Source of the DNA: Thermoproteus tenax Kra 1
GTDB taxonomy: Archaea > Thermoproteota > Thermoprotei > Thermoproteales > Thermoproteaceae
Assembly: GCF_000253055.1 (NCBI RefSeq)
Contig: NC_016070.1
Location: forward strand, 1,320,001 to 1,352,000
Direction: 5' to 3'
Length of the DNA stretch: 32,000 nucleotides
Made by a program: the position numbers and the translations under genes. The notes beneath the pieces were generated by a model, which saw only the letters and a program-made list of their open reading frames with translations, was not told the origin of the DNA and searched no databases. This document shows, piece by piece, positions 7,171 to 14,806 of the stretch; within the stretch, counting starts at the first letter, position 1, and every line of letters starts with the position of its first letter.

Positions 7171-7460
7171 CGACTGAAGGTCCCGCCATTCAAGTCGGGG
7201 GTGGATTTAAGCTTGCCACATTTTTCCACGGCAGAGCGACGAAGAGAGAGTCTAATAGCGCGCTCCATACGGCAGATGGTCCCCGCCGCGATGCCCGCCC
7301 CAACCGCGGCCTCCCTCGTTAGGGCCGAGTGCCGCCCGGCCCCATGCCCGATAAGCCCGCGCCGGAGGTATCTTGGATGCCGATGAAGGCATGGGCGAGG
7401 AGAAACCCCGCCCTTTAGGGCGGGGAGGCGGAGCGCGGCCATGTGCATATAGGGCGGCAC
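7171..7460 (-). ncRNA. GC-rich structured RNA-like locus A (unknown family; paralog of 31491-31821)
   Basis: About 290 nt at roughly two-thirds G+C between two AT-rich promoters. It contains several perfect 8-9 bp helices (see findings). A TATA-like GATATAGG lies 25-32 nt upstream of 7460 on the minus strand. The only ORF is an implausible Arg/Gly/Pro-rich 111-aa frame. The strand is inferred from G-U pairs in the paralogous hairpin. Confidence 0.5.
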
Positions 7461-7497
7461 GCAAAATATTTTTAAATGGCCTATATCGCGTTGGGTC

Positions 7498-7827
7498 ATG
7501 GAATACGTCTATGCGGCTCTGTTACTACACTATGCAAAACAGGAGATAAGCGAGGAGAATCTGACTAAGGTCCTCCAAGCAGCTGGGCTTCAGCCAGATG
7601 AGGTTAGAATCAAGACGCTAGTCGCCGCCTTGAAGGAGGTTAACATCGATGAGGCCGTAAAAAGCGCCGCCTTCGCTCCAGTTGCAGCCGCCCCAGCTGC
7701 GGGCGCTCCAGCCCAAGCTCAAGCAGCCGGCCAACAACAAGCTGCTGGAGGCGAAAAGAAAGAGGAAGAGGAGAAAAAGGGTCCCAGCGAGGAGGAGATC
7801 GCTGGATCCCTCGCCGCACTGTTCTAA
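7498..7827 (+). CDS. rpl12: Ribosomal stalk protein P1 (aP1/L12e)
   Basis: [26 protein letters not shown]... is followed by an Ala/Pro/Gln hinge and an acidic tail ending [12 protein letters not shown]. The TATA tttttaaat lies about 25 nt upstream. Confidence 0.9.
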   Translation: MEYVYAALLLHYAKQEISEENLTKVLQAAGLQPDEVRIKTLVAALKEVNIDEAVKSAAFAPVAAAPAAGAPAQAQAAGQQQAAGGEKKEEEEKKGPSEEEIAGSLAALF

Positions 7828-7848
7828 AATACAGACTCTTTTCTATTT

Positions 7849-8589
7849 TCACTTGGATTTAGTCTCCGGAGGACTCTGTACGACAACCATTTTAGATAAA
7901 GTTTTATGAACTTCTTCGATATCTTTATAGTATATTCTATATAGTTGGTTACCTATTTTTAATTCTATAAATTTTCTTTCTGGAATATATTTGTATTCCT
8001 GCACATGGATAGGGGCCTTAAGACCTGTGTTCTTGTTTATCACAATGCCTGTATCGTATATTTTGACATCGGTCGCTATAATCGGAAATTGTATTGGCCT
8101 GAAGGTAAAATAGTACAGGGGCGAGAAGATCGCTGTAAAGGCCGCAAAGAGCGCCACATATCCAAAATACGTAGCCAGGAAGCGGCCAAGGCTCTGCTCC
8201 AGACTGGCGCTGACCGCCGGCACAATCGTAGACTGAAAAGCGGGAAAAAGCCATATTCCTATCAGCATGATTGGAAACGCCATAAAGTATATCATAAATA
8301 CTCTATTTAGTTTACGCATTTCTTCTTGAAATTCTCTATCTTTTTCTAAAGCTTTATTTGTATCTTTTTCATTTATTTCAAAAAGTAACTTGCCCTTTAC
8401 TATCTCTCTTGCTTGAAGAGATCCCCTTCTATAGGCCCTTATTCCCAAGGCTGTAGTTATCGCGAACACTGATCCTATGTAGAGAAGTCCCACGAGCCAG
8501 AGATACTGCGGGCCCAACACGGCCATAACTGCGGCATAGCCGAATATTGTGCCCACAGTAATTAGAAGTCTAAGGGCCAGCTGATTCAT
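7849..8589 (-). CDS. Hypothetical integral membrane protein
   Basis: 246 aa with about 4 hydrophobic helices, a charged loop (KDTNKALEKDREFQEEMRK) and a soluble C-terminal domain. A TATA lies about 28 nt upstream. Confidence 0.5.
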   Translation of the reverse strand: MNQLALRLLITVGTIFGYAAVMAVLGPQYLWLVGLLYIGSVFAITTALGIRAYRRGSLQAREIVKGKLLFEINEKDTNKALEKDREFQEEMRKLNRVFMIYFMAFPIMLIGIWLFPAFQSTIVPAVSASLEQSLGRFLATYFGYVALFAAFTAIFSPLYYFTFRPIQFPIIATDVKIYDTGIVINKNTGLKAPIHVQEYKYIPERKFIELKIGNQLYRIYYKDIEEVHKTLSKMVVVQSPPETKSK

Positions 8590-8645
8590 ATGCTGCTGTG
8601 ATGTTCTAGGTCTAAAAGTTTTTCAGAAGGCGGTTTATAGCCGCC

Positions 8646-9218
8646 GTGAAGATAATCCCTATATGCAACGATACAGGCGGGCGTCTGCCGCCGTCCCACG
8701 GCTTCGGCGTACTTGTGGGGGAAGTAGCCTTCGATGCATGCACTGAGGCGGCGGCCCGGTCATTCCTTGAGAGAATCGGAGTCAGGCCGACCCTCGGCAT
8801 CGCGGGCTTGGATAACCCCCATCACTCTGGGGGATTTTCTGTGTTTAAAGTACCTGTCATTAAGTGGAAGACGGGAATTCTTGACATTAGACTTAGGGGT
8901 ATTCTCTTTAGGCTATACGGCTTTGGGCGCGAGACCATCATCCAGATAGGAAGAACTGTCATCTCCCCCTGTGGCATCTTCACCGTCCCCTTCGGCAAGT
9001 TATCCGCAACAGATATCAGGGCTGTATGTTTTGTGGGCGGCCTGGGGGGCTCTACGGCGAGTCCCTACGCAGTCGCGAGGATACTCGGAGAGCTACGGGC
9101 CTTGGGAGTTAGGTGCATAATCCCTTTACATACTCCGCCCAACATCATCAGAGAGCTAGAGCCCAAATTCAACGTCTATAGACTCGGCGCAGGTCAAGAG
9201 TTCGAAATACCTATATAG
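8646..9218 (+). CDS. Short metallo-beta-lactamase-fold-like protein with a degenerate metal motif
   Basis: The N-terminus (MKIIPICNDTGG..SHGFGVLV...AFDAC) and C-terminus (FVGGLGG...IIPLHTPP) follow the pattern of archaeal MBL-fold proteins. The HxHxDH motif is replaced by LDNPHHSGG. GTG start. Confidence 0.4.
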   Translation: MKIIPICNDTGGRLPPSHGFGVLVGEVAFDACTEAAARSFLERIGVRPTLGIAGLDNPHHSGGFSVFKVPVIKWKTGILDIRLRGILFRLYGFGRETIIQIGRTVISPCGIFTVPFGKLSATDIRAVCFVGGLGGSTASPYAVARILGELRALGVRCIIPLHTPPNIIRELEPKFNVYRLGAGQEFEIPI

Positions 9219-9237
9219 AGAGCTCCAACAAGACCCA

Positions 9238-10779
9238 ATGGGTTTCCTTGAATCACTGGCTCTATATCTAATTGCGTGGGCCCTATTGGTGCTCGTAGCC
9301 TACCTCCTCAGAAGAGATCTCGTGAAGGGCCTCGTGGTGATAATGTGGAGCTCTGAGAGGGCGGCCCAGTTCATTACGAAGATATCCAAGAGGCTCAGCT
9401 TCGTGCCGTTGAGGATCTACGTCGCAGTCGCGCTCCTCCTATTCTTGTTGGCTGCATATTCGCCGTATTTCCCCATCCCCGCCGGACTCGGGGTGGCCTA
9501 CATGCCCGGCTTCGCATATCTGTTGGTTGGATCGACATATCAGGCCGCGGCTGCGCTCGCCGGAGGGGCCTCAGTGCAAGAGGCGGCCTTGATAGGCGGA
9601 CAGGCCGGCGCCGTGCCTCTGCTCCCCGGAATAACTATCCCGTGGGATCAATTGCCCTACATAGCGTTGGCAGTAGCGGTAGGCGTGGCTCTCCACGAGT
9701 TTCTGCACGGCTACGCGGCCGTGAGGTTCGGAATCAAGCTTAAGACAGCCGGCGTCTTCTCTGCGTTCTTTGTAGCCAGTGGCGCGTTCGTAGAGCCCGA
9801 CGATAAGGAATTGAAGGAAAGTTCTCTAGTGGCAAAGCTAGCGGTCTTCGCCAGCGGCGTCGCGGCCAACGTGGCGTTAGCTCTGGCCGCCTTGGCTATC
9901 TACCTAATCGGCGTGAACCTAGGCTTGGGTGGCGCCGTGCTCACGAACATCAACGCGCCAACACATCAGTTGGGGCTCGAGCAGGGCGATATTGTAAAGG
10001 CCGTCAACGGCTGCGGCATTTCGACGAAGATAGCAGTGCCGGCTCAGCTCCTCTCTGTGTTGAACAAGCTCGTGGGAAATCCCTATGGGGCTCCGTTGTG
10101 TGATCCAAATCAGACAATAACGCTGATAATACAGAGGGGTTCCAACGAGCTCGTCCAAGACGTGCCGGCTGCCGCGTTGATGAGGGGCGCAGAGATACTC
10201 GGGCTAGTATACAACGGACCTCTCTATAGAGCCGGCGTGAGACCCGGCGATGTTCTGACCGCTATCTACGGGTGCGGCGGCGTATACCGCATATACTCCA
10301 GCGGCCAACTCCTTCAGACTCTCCAGAACATTGTTGAGAGAGATCTCTGCAAGCCTGGAGATGAAATCATAGTTACTGTCGTAAGAAACAATACGGCCAT
10401 CAACTACACGGTGATATTAGGCGTCAATCCATCAAATACATCGAGACCGTTCTTCGGAATATATACTAACGGCTTAGGAGAGATAGGCTTTAATACACAG
10501 TTACTAAATATTTCTCTATTTTCTAATACATTATTTGTAAAAATAATTATGTGGTTCTTTTTAATTAATTTGGGATTAGCCATGATAAATGCTCTCCCCA
10601 TCTATCCGCTTGACGGCGGACTCCTCGTACAGTCGTTGTTGGAGAGGGCGCTGGGAGAGAGGGGGGCGCGCCTGGCCATCTACGTTATTTCCCTTGCCTT
10701 CGCAGCGTTCTTGATATTTGACTCAGCTCTGGGCTTTATGGGCGGCATATATAAAGAGGTCTTCAATCTGCTGAAGTGA
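9238..10779 (+). CDS. Site-2 protease (peptidase M50) with PDZ-like insert
   Basis: The HEFLHGYAA (HExxH) and NALPIYPLDGG (NxxPxxxLDG) motifs lie in hydrophobic helices. Two PDZ-like segments (GDIVKAVNG..., GDVLTAIYG...) sit between them. Confidence 0.85.
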   Translation: MGFLESLALYLIAWALLVLVAYLLRRDLVKGLVVIMWSSERAAQFITKISKRLSFVPLRIYVAVALLLFLLAAYSPYFPIPAGLGVAYMPGFAYLLVGSTYQAAAALAGGASVQEAALIGGQAGAVPLLPGITIPWDQLPYIALAVAVGVALHEFLHGYAAVRFGIKLKTAGVFSAFFVASGAFVEPDDKELKESSLVAKLAVFASGVAANVALALAALAIYLIGVNLGLGGAVLTNINAPTHQLGLEQGDIVKAVNGCGISTKIAVPAQLLSVLNKLVGNPYGAPLCDPNQTITLIIQRGSNELVQDVPAAALMRGAEILGLVYNGPLYRAGVRPGDVLTAIYGCGGVYRIYSSGQLLQTLQNIVERDLCKPGDEIIVTVVRNNTAINYTVILGVNPSNTSRPFFGIYTNGLGEIGFNTQLLNISLFSNTLFVKIIMWFFLINLGLAMINALPIYPLDGGLLVQSLLERALGERGARLAIYVISLAFAAFLIFDSALGFMGGIYKEVFNLLK

Positions 10780-11246
10780 GACGGGACGTCCTCAGAGGCC
10801 TCCTCCTGGGCATAGCCACTATAGCCGTAGCTATATTCCTCGCCTTATTTCCGATCGAGCCGCTGTTATCTGATGAGCCCATGGCGAACGTTGCGCCCAT
10901 AGGAGTTCTCAACGGAGTGGTTGAAAAGATATCCAACGATGTTTGGTTCTATCTATGGAAGGTTACAATATTGTTGGTCATATTCTTCTTCGCTGCTCTA
11001 GTGGCATCGTTCTTCGTCAGAATGAACGGCACCATGAGGAGCTTCTTCGCATTGATATCGTTCGCAATAGCTGTGTTCCACTATGCCAACTTTCTCACTA
11101 TGGCTAATGATATCAAGATATATCCCTTCTTCATTGTAATTCCAATAAATATAAATGGTACAATAGTAAATCAATATTATGTTGATATAGGTTTATTATT
11201 TATTATTTATGGATTCTATAATGTGTGGAAATTATTTAAGGAATAG
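10776..11246 (+). CDS. Hypothetical membrane protein, translationally coupled to the S2P protease
   Basis: 156 aa with 4-5 TM helices. The GTG start overlaps the S2P stop (GTGA). Confidence 0.5.
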   Translation: MRRDVLRGLLLGIATIAVAIFLALFPIEPLLSDEPMANVAPIGVLNGVVEKISNDVWFYLWKVTILLVIFFFAALVASFFVRMNGTMRSFFALISFAIAVFHYANFLTMANDIKIYPFFIVIPININGTIVNQYYVDIGLLFIIYGFYNVWKLFKE

Positions 11247-12587
11247 CTCCTCGTATTGTTTGACGTACTCGACAGAGTCTTTAAGAGACGCGAAGAGCCT
11301 CCTTGCGTACTCTACGTCTTTTTGAGTCACGGCATCCCGCCCATCGTCCCTGGCCTTTATATACGCCGGCACCAACAATTGGATTGCGTAACGGAGCGAG
11401 GACTCCAGGCCTATCTTAGTCAGAGCGCCTAGGGCGTCGTCTGACAGCTTTATTCCCTCCTCTGCCGCCTTTATCTTGATTATTTCCTCTATTTCCTTCT
11501 CGTTGTAGGGGTTCGTCTTTATTATGATCAGCCTGTCCAACATATCCCGCGGTATACCGTGGGGCGACTCGATGTCGGTTCCCCTTATGCGGGCCATCCC
11601 TCTGTTTGTCGCCAATATCAATATGGGCGCCATCTCGCTCTCCATAGCCCTTGATAGATAGGCAAAGGATTCTATATCTAAGAGGTGGGCATCGTCTATG
11701 AACAAGATCCCTGGTATTAGTTCGCCCTTACCTTCGTCGATGGTCTTCTTCACAAAGTTGTCCGCCTCGCGCCTCACCTCCTCCGGGATCTCCTTGGTCT
11801 CCTCAACGAAGCCGAAGAGAGCTGCGCTGAGAAGACCCCTCTGTCTGGCCAATGCGGTGTCGATATCATGCAGAGTGAAGAAGCGCGTTATCTCCTTCTC
11901 CTTATAGACGGGGCCCTTCGGCACCTCGATCTTGGCCCTTGTGCGTACATCGTACTGCTCGCCGGACTCTCCTCTGCCCTCCACAATGACTCTGCCGGTC
12001 TCCTCGTCTATCATTATAACATCGCCTTCCTCCACGCCCAGCTCTATGAGCTGTGCTGTTATCTCCGGCGGGATCCTCAGAGTCTTCTCCTCATCTCTAG
12101 TTCTAAGCTTTATAGTGGCCCCTCTGGGTATCTGCATGTAGGGGTTGTAGGGGTGTCTATCGTATCTTATGTCCAACGATCGGACTTCGCCCTCGTATAC
12201 CTTACGCCATTCTCTCACTCTGATGCCGATGGCCTTCCTCAACGCCCTCATGAGGAACTCCGTCTTCTTCATCTCAGCAGAGTAGATCTCGCCGCCAGAT
12301 ATTGCAACAAACGGCGTGTCCTCCCCCAATTCCCTCGCTATGCCCACAGCCAAAGCCGTTTTTCCTGTCCCGGGGGGTCCGACGATCAATACTCCCTTTC
12401 CGGCGAATTTGCCCGCCCTTATCATTTTGACGACCATATAGGCGGCCTCCCTGGCCTCAACTTGGCCTACGAAGCCATCCGCAGAGAACTCAACGCGGCC
12501 ATTCCTTACGCCGAGGCCTCTAATGTGGGTATGCGCTGCAAATCTTTCAAACTTGGACTTGATCTCCTCTATTCTGACTGAGGACAT
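11232..12587 (-). CDS. TIP49/RuvB-like AAA+ ATPase (TBP-interacting protein TIP49)
   Basis: Walker A (GPPGTGKTALA), Walker B (LFIDDAHLLD) and a RuvBL-type inserted domain are present. The TATA at about 12612-12625 favours Met8 (12587) over the ORF-track start at 12608. Confidence 0.85.
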   Translation of the reverse strand: MSSVRIEEIKSKFERFAAHTHIRGLGVRNGRVEFSADGFVGQVEAREAAYMVVKMIRAGKFAGKGVLIVGPPGTGKTALAVGIARELGEDTPFVAISGGEIYSAEMKKTEFLMRALRKAIGIRVREWRKVYEGEVRSLDIRYDRHPYNPYMQIPRGATIKLRTRDEEKTLRIPPEITAQLIELGVEEGDVIMIDEETGRVIVEGRGESGEQYDVRTRAKIEVPKGPVYKEKEITRFFTLHDIDTALARQRGLLSAALFGFVEETKEIPEEVRREADNFVKKTIDEGKGELIPGILFIDDAHLLDIESFAYLSRAMESEMAPILILATNRGMARIRGTDIESPHGIPRDMLDRLIIIKTNPYNEKEIEEIIKIKAAEEGIKLSDDALGALTKIGLESSLRYAIQLLVPAYIKARDDGRDAVTQKDVEYARRLFASLKDSVEYVKQYEELFLK

Positions 12588-12723
12588 GTCGTTGCCTTTT
12601 CTATCCAAATTTTATCTTTATCCCGAAGAGCCCTCAGCTCCATCAACTTGGAGCGCTACCGATATGATGTGGAGCGAGTCTGCGACAGTACAATTGATAT
12701 AATAGTGTTTTACGAGATGTTGT

Positions 12724-13311
12724 ATGATCGACCTTCGCTACCTTAAGCTTCTGACGTTCTTAGCTATGAGCCAGGCGCTGGCAGGAAGGCGTTATATCTC
12801 ATCTAAATTGGGGATGGGGGAGGGCGTCGTCAGAGGGCTCATAGAGTTGGGTAGAGGTCTGGGGCACATCTCAGTAAATAGAGCGGGCGCGAAGATAACA
12901 GACAATGGAATACGATATTTAGCCGAAGTGATCTCGCTGTGTAGACTGAAGCCTCTGGCCTACACTAACAAATTCGCTGAAAAACTGTGCGGAAGAGTGT
13001 GCGTTGCATTCTCTCTTGGTATAAAGATAGACAATATAGTAAAGTTTAGGGATAGCGTAGTCCGTAGAGGCAGTTGCGGCATTATAATCGCCCAATTGAG
13101 AGATAACAACATATACATCCCGCTTGCAGAAATGCGGCTTGAGGATCTCGATCCAGAGATGGCCGGCTCAATTAAGGGGCTCCTATCAAGGGAGGATTTC
13201 CTTATAATCTCGTGTGGCGATAACTTCGGACAAGCCCTGGCCCCTCTCGAGGTGGTCTGCGAAATGATGATAGAACCCGGCCGATCCGATGAAGTACGGC
13301 ATCCTATCTGA
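12724..13311 (+). CDS. Hypothetical wHTH-domain protein with an uncharacterised C-terminal domain
   Basis: 195 aa. The N-terminal segment LKLLTFLAMSQALAGRRYISSKLGMGEGVVRGLIELGRGLGHI is wHTH-like. The C-terminal domain is not recognised. Confidence 0.5.
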   Translation: MIDLRYLKLLTFLAMSQALAGRRYISSKLGMGEGVVRGLIELGRGLGHISVNRAGAKITDNGIRYLAEVISLCRLKPLAYTNKFAEKLCGRVCVAFSLGIKIDNIVKFRDSVVRRGSCGIIIAQLRDNNIYIPLAEMRLEDLDPEMAGSIKGLLSREDFLIISCGDNFGQALAPLEVVCEMMIEPGRSDEVRHPI

Positions 13312-13315
13312 TTTC
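13261..13315 (+). ncRNA. C/D box sRNA candidate overlapping the 3' end and stop codon of the 12724-13311 gene
   Basis: The C box AUGAUGA (13264-13270) is perfect. It is followed by a 12-nt guide UAGAACCCGGCC and a degenerate D' GAUC (13283-13286). A degenerate C' AUGAAGU (13289-13295) is followed by a 12-nt guide ACGGCAUCCUAU and a perfect D box CUGA (13308-13311). The flanks GAA/UUU can pair. Box-to-box length is 48 nt. Confidence 0.6.
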
Positions 13316-13570
13316 TCCTCGCGCCCAGCTCCAGCGTTCCTGCCGCGAGACTCTTGAGTTAGCCTACTGCGAGGGGCGCGAGAGCTGTCGCGAGGCAGAG
13401 GGAGTCCGAGGACAAGTCGGTAGATGCTGTAAGGGCTCGCTCACCGAGAATGAGCATAGGCGGTCAGATAGGGCGCCATAAGAGGCCTCATTGAAAACAA
13501 CAATCATCAATATAGATCTACATATATAGGCTAAGATAACAGATTTCAATGTTCTTAGAGCATATCCACA

Positions 13571-14803
13571 ATGAGCGAACAGACTGTATCAATTAGGACG
13601 ACCGGCAAGATCATACAGTCGCCTTGTGGCCCCATCATTCACGGCCTTGAGGATGTACTGGTGAAAATAACCACCATAAGCGATATAGATGGCCACACGG
13701 GCAGACTCTGGTATAGAGGATATAGAATTGAGGATTTGGCAGAGAATACCACATATGAGGAGGTCGTCTATCTTCTTTTATACGGGAAGTTGCCGAGTGC
13801 GAGAGAATTGGCCGATATAAAGAGCAGGCTCAGCGCAAATAGGGAGCTGAACCCTGCCACGATAGAGATTCTTCGCGCGCTCGCCAAGGCGCATCCCATG
13901 TTCGCTCTGGAGGCCGCGGTCGCAAGCGAGGGCGCGTTCGATGAAGATAACTTAAAGTTGGCCGACGCGCTGAGGGCCGGCCGATATAAGCAAGAGGAGA
14001 AGGACCTTGCGTTAAGAATAGCGGAGAAGCTGATTGCCAAATTGCCCACCATAGTTGCATATCATTATAGATTGTCGAGGGGGTTAGAGCTAGTCAGACC
14101 TAGGGGCGACTTAGCCCACTCGGCAAATTTCCTCTATATGTTCTTCGGAAAAGAGCCTGATCCTCTTGCGACTAAAGCGATAGATCTCTATCTAATCTTA
14201 CATGCAGACCACGAGATACCTGCCTCAACTTTTACGGCGTTGGTCATCGGAGCCACTCTCAGCGATCTGTACTCTGTAATAGCGGGCGCCATAGGCGCCC
14301 TCAAGGGCCCGCTGCACGGCGGAGCCAATGAGGCCGCCGTCAAGTCCTATTTGGAGATCGCAGATCCCTCCAAGGCGAAGGAGATAGTTGAGGCTGCTAC
14401 GAAACCCGGCGGTCCCCGCCTGATGGGCGTAGGACACCGCGTTTACAAGGCCTATGATCCTCGTGCCAAGATCTTCAAAAAGTTGGTGGAGGACTACACA
14501 GCTAAATTCGGCGATCCTCAGAGACTGTACGCCATAGCGAGCAATATTGAGCAAGCAGTGATGGCGCATCCCTACTTCCAACAGAGAAAGCTCTATCCAA
14601 ACGTGGACTTCTGGTCAGGTATAGTGTTCTACTATATGGGTATACCCTACGACTACTTCACGCCCCTCTTCGCCATGTCCAGAGTTGCGGGTTGGACGGC
14701 GCATGTATTAGAATATTGGGAGAACAACCGCCTCTTCAGGCCGCGCGCGTGCTACGTAGGGCCGCACGACCAACAATTTATCCCGCTTGAAAATAGATCT
14801 TGA
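13571..14803 (+). CDS. Citrate synthase / 2-methylcitrate synthase
   Basis: 410 aa with citrate synthase signatures (LILHADHEIPASTF, GPLHGGANE, MGVGHRVYK..DPRA). Confidence 0.9.
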   Translation: MSEQTVSIRTTGKIIQSPCGPIIHGLEDVLVKITTISDIDGHTGRLWYRGYRIEDLAENTTYEEVVYLLLYGKLPSARELADIKSRLSANRELNPATIEILRALAKAHPMFALEAAVASEGAFDEDNLKLADALRAGRYKQEEKDLALRIAEKLIAKLPTIVAYHYRLSRGLELVRPRGDLAHSANFLYMFFGKEPDPLATKAIDLYLILHADHEIPASTFTALVIGATLSDLYSVIAGAIGALKGPLHGGANEAAVKSYLEIADPSKAKEIVEAATKPGGPRLMGVGHRVYKAYDPRAKIFKKLVEDYTAKFGDPQRLYAIASNIEQAVMAHPYFQQRKLYPNVDFWSGIVFYYMGIPYDYFTPLFAMSRVAGWTAHVLEYWENNRLFRPRACYVGPHDQQFIPLENRS

Positions 14804-14806
14804 ATT

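Noticed and set aside
7186-7215. T-loop-like UUCAAGU/UUCAAAU strings (also at 31786-31800) suggesting a tRNA or tRNA fragment
   Set aside because: The flanking bases pair as CCC...GGG in the wrong polarity for a T-arm. No acceptor, D or anticodon arms can be drawn. The string is part of the conserved 3' hairpin of the A/B module.
4640-7223. Integrated mobile element bounded by the 56-nt direct repeats (att-like duplication of an RNA gene segment)
   Set aside because: There is no integrase, transposase or viral/plasmid gene between the repeats. The segment also contains the essential eL38 gene and ordinary metabolic genes. It is kept only as a remote possibility; a segmental duplication of the RNA core is more likely.
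7171-7460. Identification of locus A as SRP RNA, RNase P RNA (including the minimal type T known from Pyrobaculum) or 5S rRNA
   Set aside because: I could not find the SRP helix-8 GNAR/AGCA motif or the Alu UGUAA motif. The RNase P CR-I and CR-V consensus patterns and the 5S CCCGGAAGUUAAGC-type core were also absent. GGGCUUAUCGG alone resembles the P4 3' strand, but the required ACNNAA and a 5' partner are missing. This was checked by eye only, so it remains to be tested with covariance models.
7164-7499. 111-aa ORF over locus A, and the similar ORFs 29264-29515 and 31609-31851 over loci D and B
   Set aside because: They are Arg/Gly/Pro-rich and have no promoter or start context. The homologous parts of loci A and B differ by 1-nt indels that shift the frame, so conservation is at the nucleotide/RNA level rather than the protein level.
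11868-12581. 237-aa plus-strand ORF
   Set aside because: It is antisense to the TIP49 AAA+ ATPase gene, whose motifs are unambiguous. It has no recognisable features.
13464-13510. Minus-strand UUGAUGA ... AUGA ... CUGA arrangement (47 nt) in the citrate synthase upstream region
   Set aside because: The C box lacks the purine, the C' is unrecognisable, the first guide is almost pure U/G (UUGUUGUUUUCA) and there is no terminal stem. I could not support it.
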